Assembly: GCA_041180065.1 (NCBI GenBank)
Contig: JBEGSI010000006.1
Span: 25,729 to 89,728, forward strand
From: Actinomycetota bacterium
GTDB lineage: Bacteria > Actinomycetota > Actinomycetes > Actinomycetales > Microbacteriaceae
Length of the DNA: 64,000 bases
Reading direction: 5' to 3'
Part shown: positions 62,012-64,000 of the stretch, in pieces
Position numbering within the stretch: the stretch's first letter is position 1
How the letters are laid out: the number at the start of each line of letters is the position of its first letter
Made by a program: the position numbers and the translations under genes
Notes under the pieces: generated by a model
Database searches by the model: none
Told to the model about the DNA's origin: nothing
What the model saw: the letters and a program-made list of their open reading frames with translations, nothing else

Positions 62012-62899
62012 ATGTCCAAACTACGCGCCTATGTCGCACTCACTAAGCCACGAGTTATCGAGTTGCTTCTCGTAACTACCGTTCCTGCGATGATTTTGGC
62101 GAACGCTCCTCACGGATTCCCCGACATTTTTCTGGTCATCAATGTTCTTATCGGTGGCGCGTTATCAGCAGGCAGCGCCAACTCATTTAACTGTTACATC
62201 GATGCCGACATCGACAAAATCATGGGAAGAACCAAAAACCGCCCACTAGTAACCGGCGAGCTTTCGAAGAGGGAAGCCCTGATTTTTGCCTACGTCACGG
62301 CTTTCGCGTCTTCGGCATTTCTCTGGGCAACAGCAGGGTGGCTTTCGTCGATGCTTTCGCTAGCCGCAATTCTTTTTTACGTTCTTATTTACACTTTGCT
62401 TCTAAAGCGCAAGACACCACAAAACATTGTTTGGGGAGGCGCAGCCGGCGCTATGCCGGTACTAATTGGTTGGGCCGCGGTGACCGGAGACCTATCGGTT
62501 TCCGCTTGGCTACTCTTCCTAATCATTTTTCTTTGGACTCCTCCGCACTATTGGCCACTTTCGATGAAGTACCGAGACGATTACGCCGCAGCCGGAGTCC
62601 CGATGCTTCCAGTGGTAAGGAATCCTAAGGTTGTTGGTGCCCAGATTCTGCTTTACACCTGGGCGATGGTCGTGAGTTCACTGCTTTTGATTCCTGCTTC
62701 AAACATGGGCATTATTTACACCCTTACCGCTGCGGCGTTTGGGATTTGGTTCACGGTTGAGGCGACCATTCTCTACAGACAATCGCAAGTCGGAACGCCA
62801 ACTTCTCCAATGCGACTATTTCACGGGTCGATTAGTTACCTGACAGTTCTATTCCTAGCAGTGGCTGTCGATCCACTAGTTCACATTGCAATTTTCTAA
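62012..62899 (+). CDS. ctaB: protoheme IX farnesyltransferase (heme O synthase)
   Basis: Internal ATG 62012 gives [20 protein letters not shown]. UbiA motif [20 protein letters not shown]. Conserved divergent tkt/ctaB arrangement. Confidence 0.9.
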   Translation: MSKLRAYVALTKPRVIELLLVTTVPAMILANAPHGFPDIFLVINVLIGGALSAGSANSFNCYIDADIDKIMGRTKNRPLVTGELSKREALIFAYVTAFASSAFLWATAGWLSSMLSLAAILFYVLIYTLLLKRKTPQNIVWGGAAGAMPVLIGWAAVTGDLSVSAWLLFLIIFLWTPPHYWPLSMKYRDDYAAAGVPMLPVVRNPKVVGAQILLYTWAMVVSSLLLIPASNMGIIYTLTAAAFGIWFTVEATILYRQSQVGTPTSPMRLFHGSISYLTVLFLAVAVDPLVHIAIF

Positions 62900-64000
62900 G
62901 AATTCTTTAACGCATCTAAGCGTCTGAGTGATTCGTTTCGCTCTTCCGAGTGATCCACAATTTGCTTCGGATAACCATTCGAATATCCCGAAACTTGATT
63001 CCAAGGCTCATGAGCCGACGAACCTTGCAAGTGGCGAAGCTCAGGAATGTACTTCCGCACGTAGTCCCCGTGCGGGTCAAACTTCAGACCTTGAAGTACC
63101 GGATTGAAAACACGGTAATAGGGGGATGCGTCGGTGCCACAACCCGCAGTCCATTGCCAACCGTGGCTATTCGACGCAGGGTCAAAATCTGTTAGGTTCT
63201 CTTCAAACCAACGTGCTCCGTGTTGCCACTCAAAATGCAAATCTTTGATTAGGAAAGACGCCACAATCATGCGAACTCGGTTGTGCATCCAACCGTCGGA
63301 AAGTAGTTGCCGCATTCCAGCATCAACCATTGGATAGCCAGTCTCGCCTTGACACCACCTGGCAAAAACCTGTTCATCGAAGTTGTACTCCATGCCCGCG
63401 TACTTTGAATCCAAATAACCGGTGAGTGTGTGAGGATTGTGCCAAAGCACGTCGGCGTAAAACTCACGCCAAGCTATTTCTTTTCGGAAAACATCCGCAC
63501 CTGCGCCAGGCTCCAAACGCTCCAAGATTGTGCGCGGGTGAATTTCACCGTGGCTTAGAGCATGTGAAAGGTGAGAAGTGCCTCCCAAATCGGCACGATT
63601 ACGGTCATCTTGATAGCCATCAACGCGACCATCCAAAAAGCGTTCTAACGTCCTGACAGCAAAGCTCTCGCCAGCCTTAATGTCCGCCCCAAACTCGAGT
63701 TGCGGATCAAAACTCGTTTCAACCGGTGCTAAAACGTTCTCTAGGGAAGGAGCGGTTGTGCTTTGCCCAAAATCATTCTTGGCCCACTCGTTATAGAACG
63801 GCGTGTAGACGCGATATGGAGTTCCGTCACCTTTTCGCACCGAGCCTGGGGCAACGGCATAATTACCTGGGCCAAGAATCAGCTCTGCGCCAATCGCATT
63901 AAGGTCTTTTGCGACTGCGTTCATTTCCTTAACCCCGTTGGTGTCATAGGCAGTGGAAGCAAATACCTTCTCAACACCGTGAAACTTTGCCAACTTCAGT
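62896..64000 (-). CDS. phr: deoxyribodipyrimidine photolyase (N-terminus outside window)
   Basis: [21 protein letters not shown] and WREFY motifs of the FAD-binding domain. The frame stays open to the window edge, and residues at the edge still align to the N-terminal alpha/beta domain. Confidence 0.9.
   Translation of the reverse strand, partial: LKLAKFHGVEKVFASTAYDTNGVKEMNAVAKDLNAIGAELILGPGNYAVAPGSVRKGDGTPYRVYTPFYNEWAKNDFGQSTTAPSLENVLAPVETSFDPQLEFGADIKAGESFAVRTLERFLDGRVDGYQDDRNRADLGGTSHLSHALSHGEIHPRTILERLEPGAGADVFRKEIAWREFYADVLWHNPHTLTGYLDSKYAGMEYNFDEQVFARWCQGETGYPMVDAGMRQLLSDGWMHNRVRMIVASFLIKDLHFEWQHGARWFEENLTDFDPASNSHGWQWTAGCGTDASPYYRVFNPVLQGLKFDPHGDYVRKYIPELRHLQGSSAHEPWNQVSGYSNGYPKQIVDHSEERNESLRRLDALKNS

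Overview
This window is an almost gap-free stretch of conserved actinobacterial core genome with moderate GC. It probably comes from a small-genome Micrococcales/Microbacteriaceae-like organism. That call is inference from gene order and lineage markers: WhiA, OpcA, a PdtaR-type ANTAR regulator, type-2 PyrF and an HGxxPAAW protein. I annotate 57 protein genes and one tRNA. On the plus strand: aroC(3' end)-aroK-aroB-aroQ, efp-nusB, pyrR-pyrB-pyrC-carA-carB-pyrF, gmk-rpoZ-coaBC-metK-priA-fmt-rsmB-rpe, hisE-hisG-hisF-hisI-trpE-(two small membrane proteins)-trpC-trpB-trpA-lgt, gltB-gltD and pyk. Next come tRNA-Leu(CAA) (minus), an ANTAR response regulator and a thioesterase (minus). The plus strand continues with polA, rpsA, coaE-uvrB-uvrA-uvrC-rapZ-whiA, sodA and gap-pgk-tpiA-secG. 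The minus-strand operon tkt-tal-pgi-zwf-opcA-pgl follows, then ctaB and a photolyase that runs off the window. By my coordinates only about 1.2 kb (about 2%) is non-coding. I see no mobile elements, CRISPR, defence or toxin-antitoxin modules, or biosynthetic clusters, so I do not find a discrete novel gene system here. The most interesting signal is at nucleotide level. An identical TAGGCT hexamer sits exactly 6 nt upstream of four unrelated start codons. It belongs to a wider TANNNT-N6-8-start class that looks like leaderless-mRNA promoters, in three cases built on the stop codon of the upstream gene. Other points: a PyrR-type hairpin that occludes the pyrR Shine-Dalgarno (SD); and gene-order gaps where mihF, yvcK/cuvA and the rib operon normally sit in other Actinobacteria. 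Also noted: a PriA with no Walker A motif; two uncharacterised membrane proteins embedded in the trp operon; three convergent gene pairs that overlap at their stop codons; and a perfect 15-bp palindrome upstream of tkt. All functional calls rest on my recognition of motifs and synteny; no database search was run.
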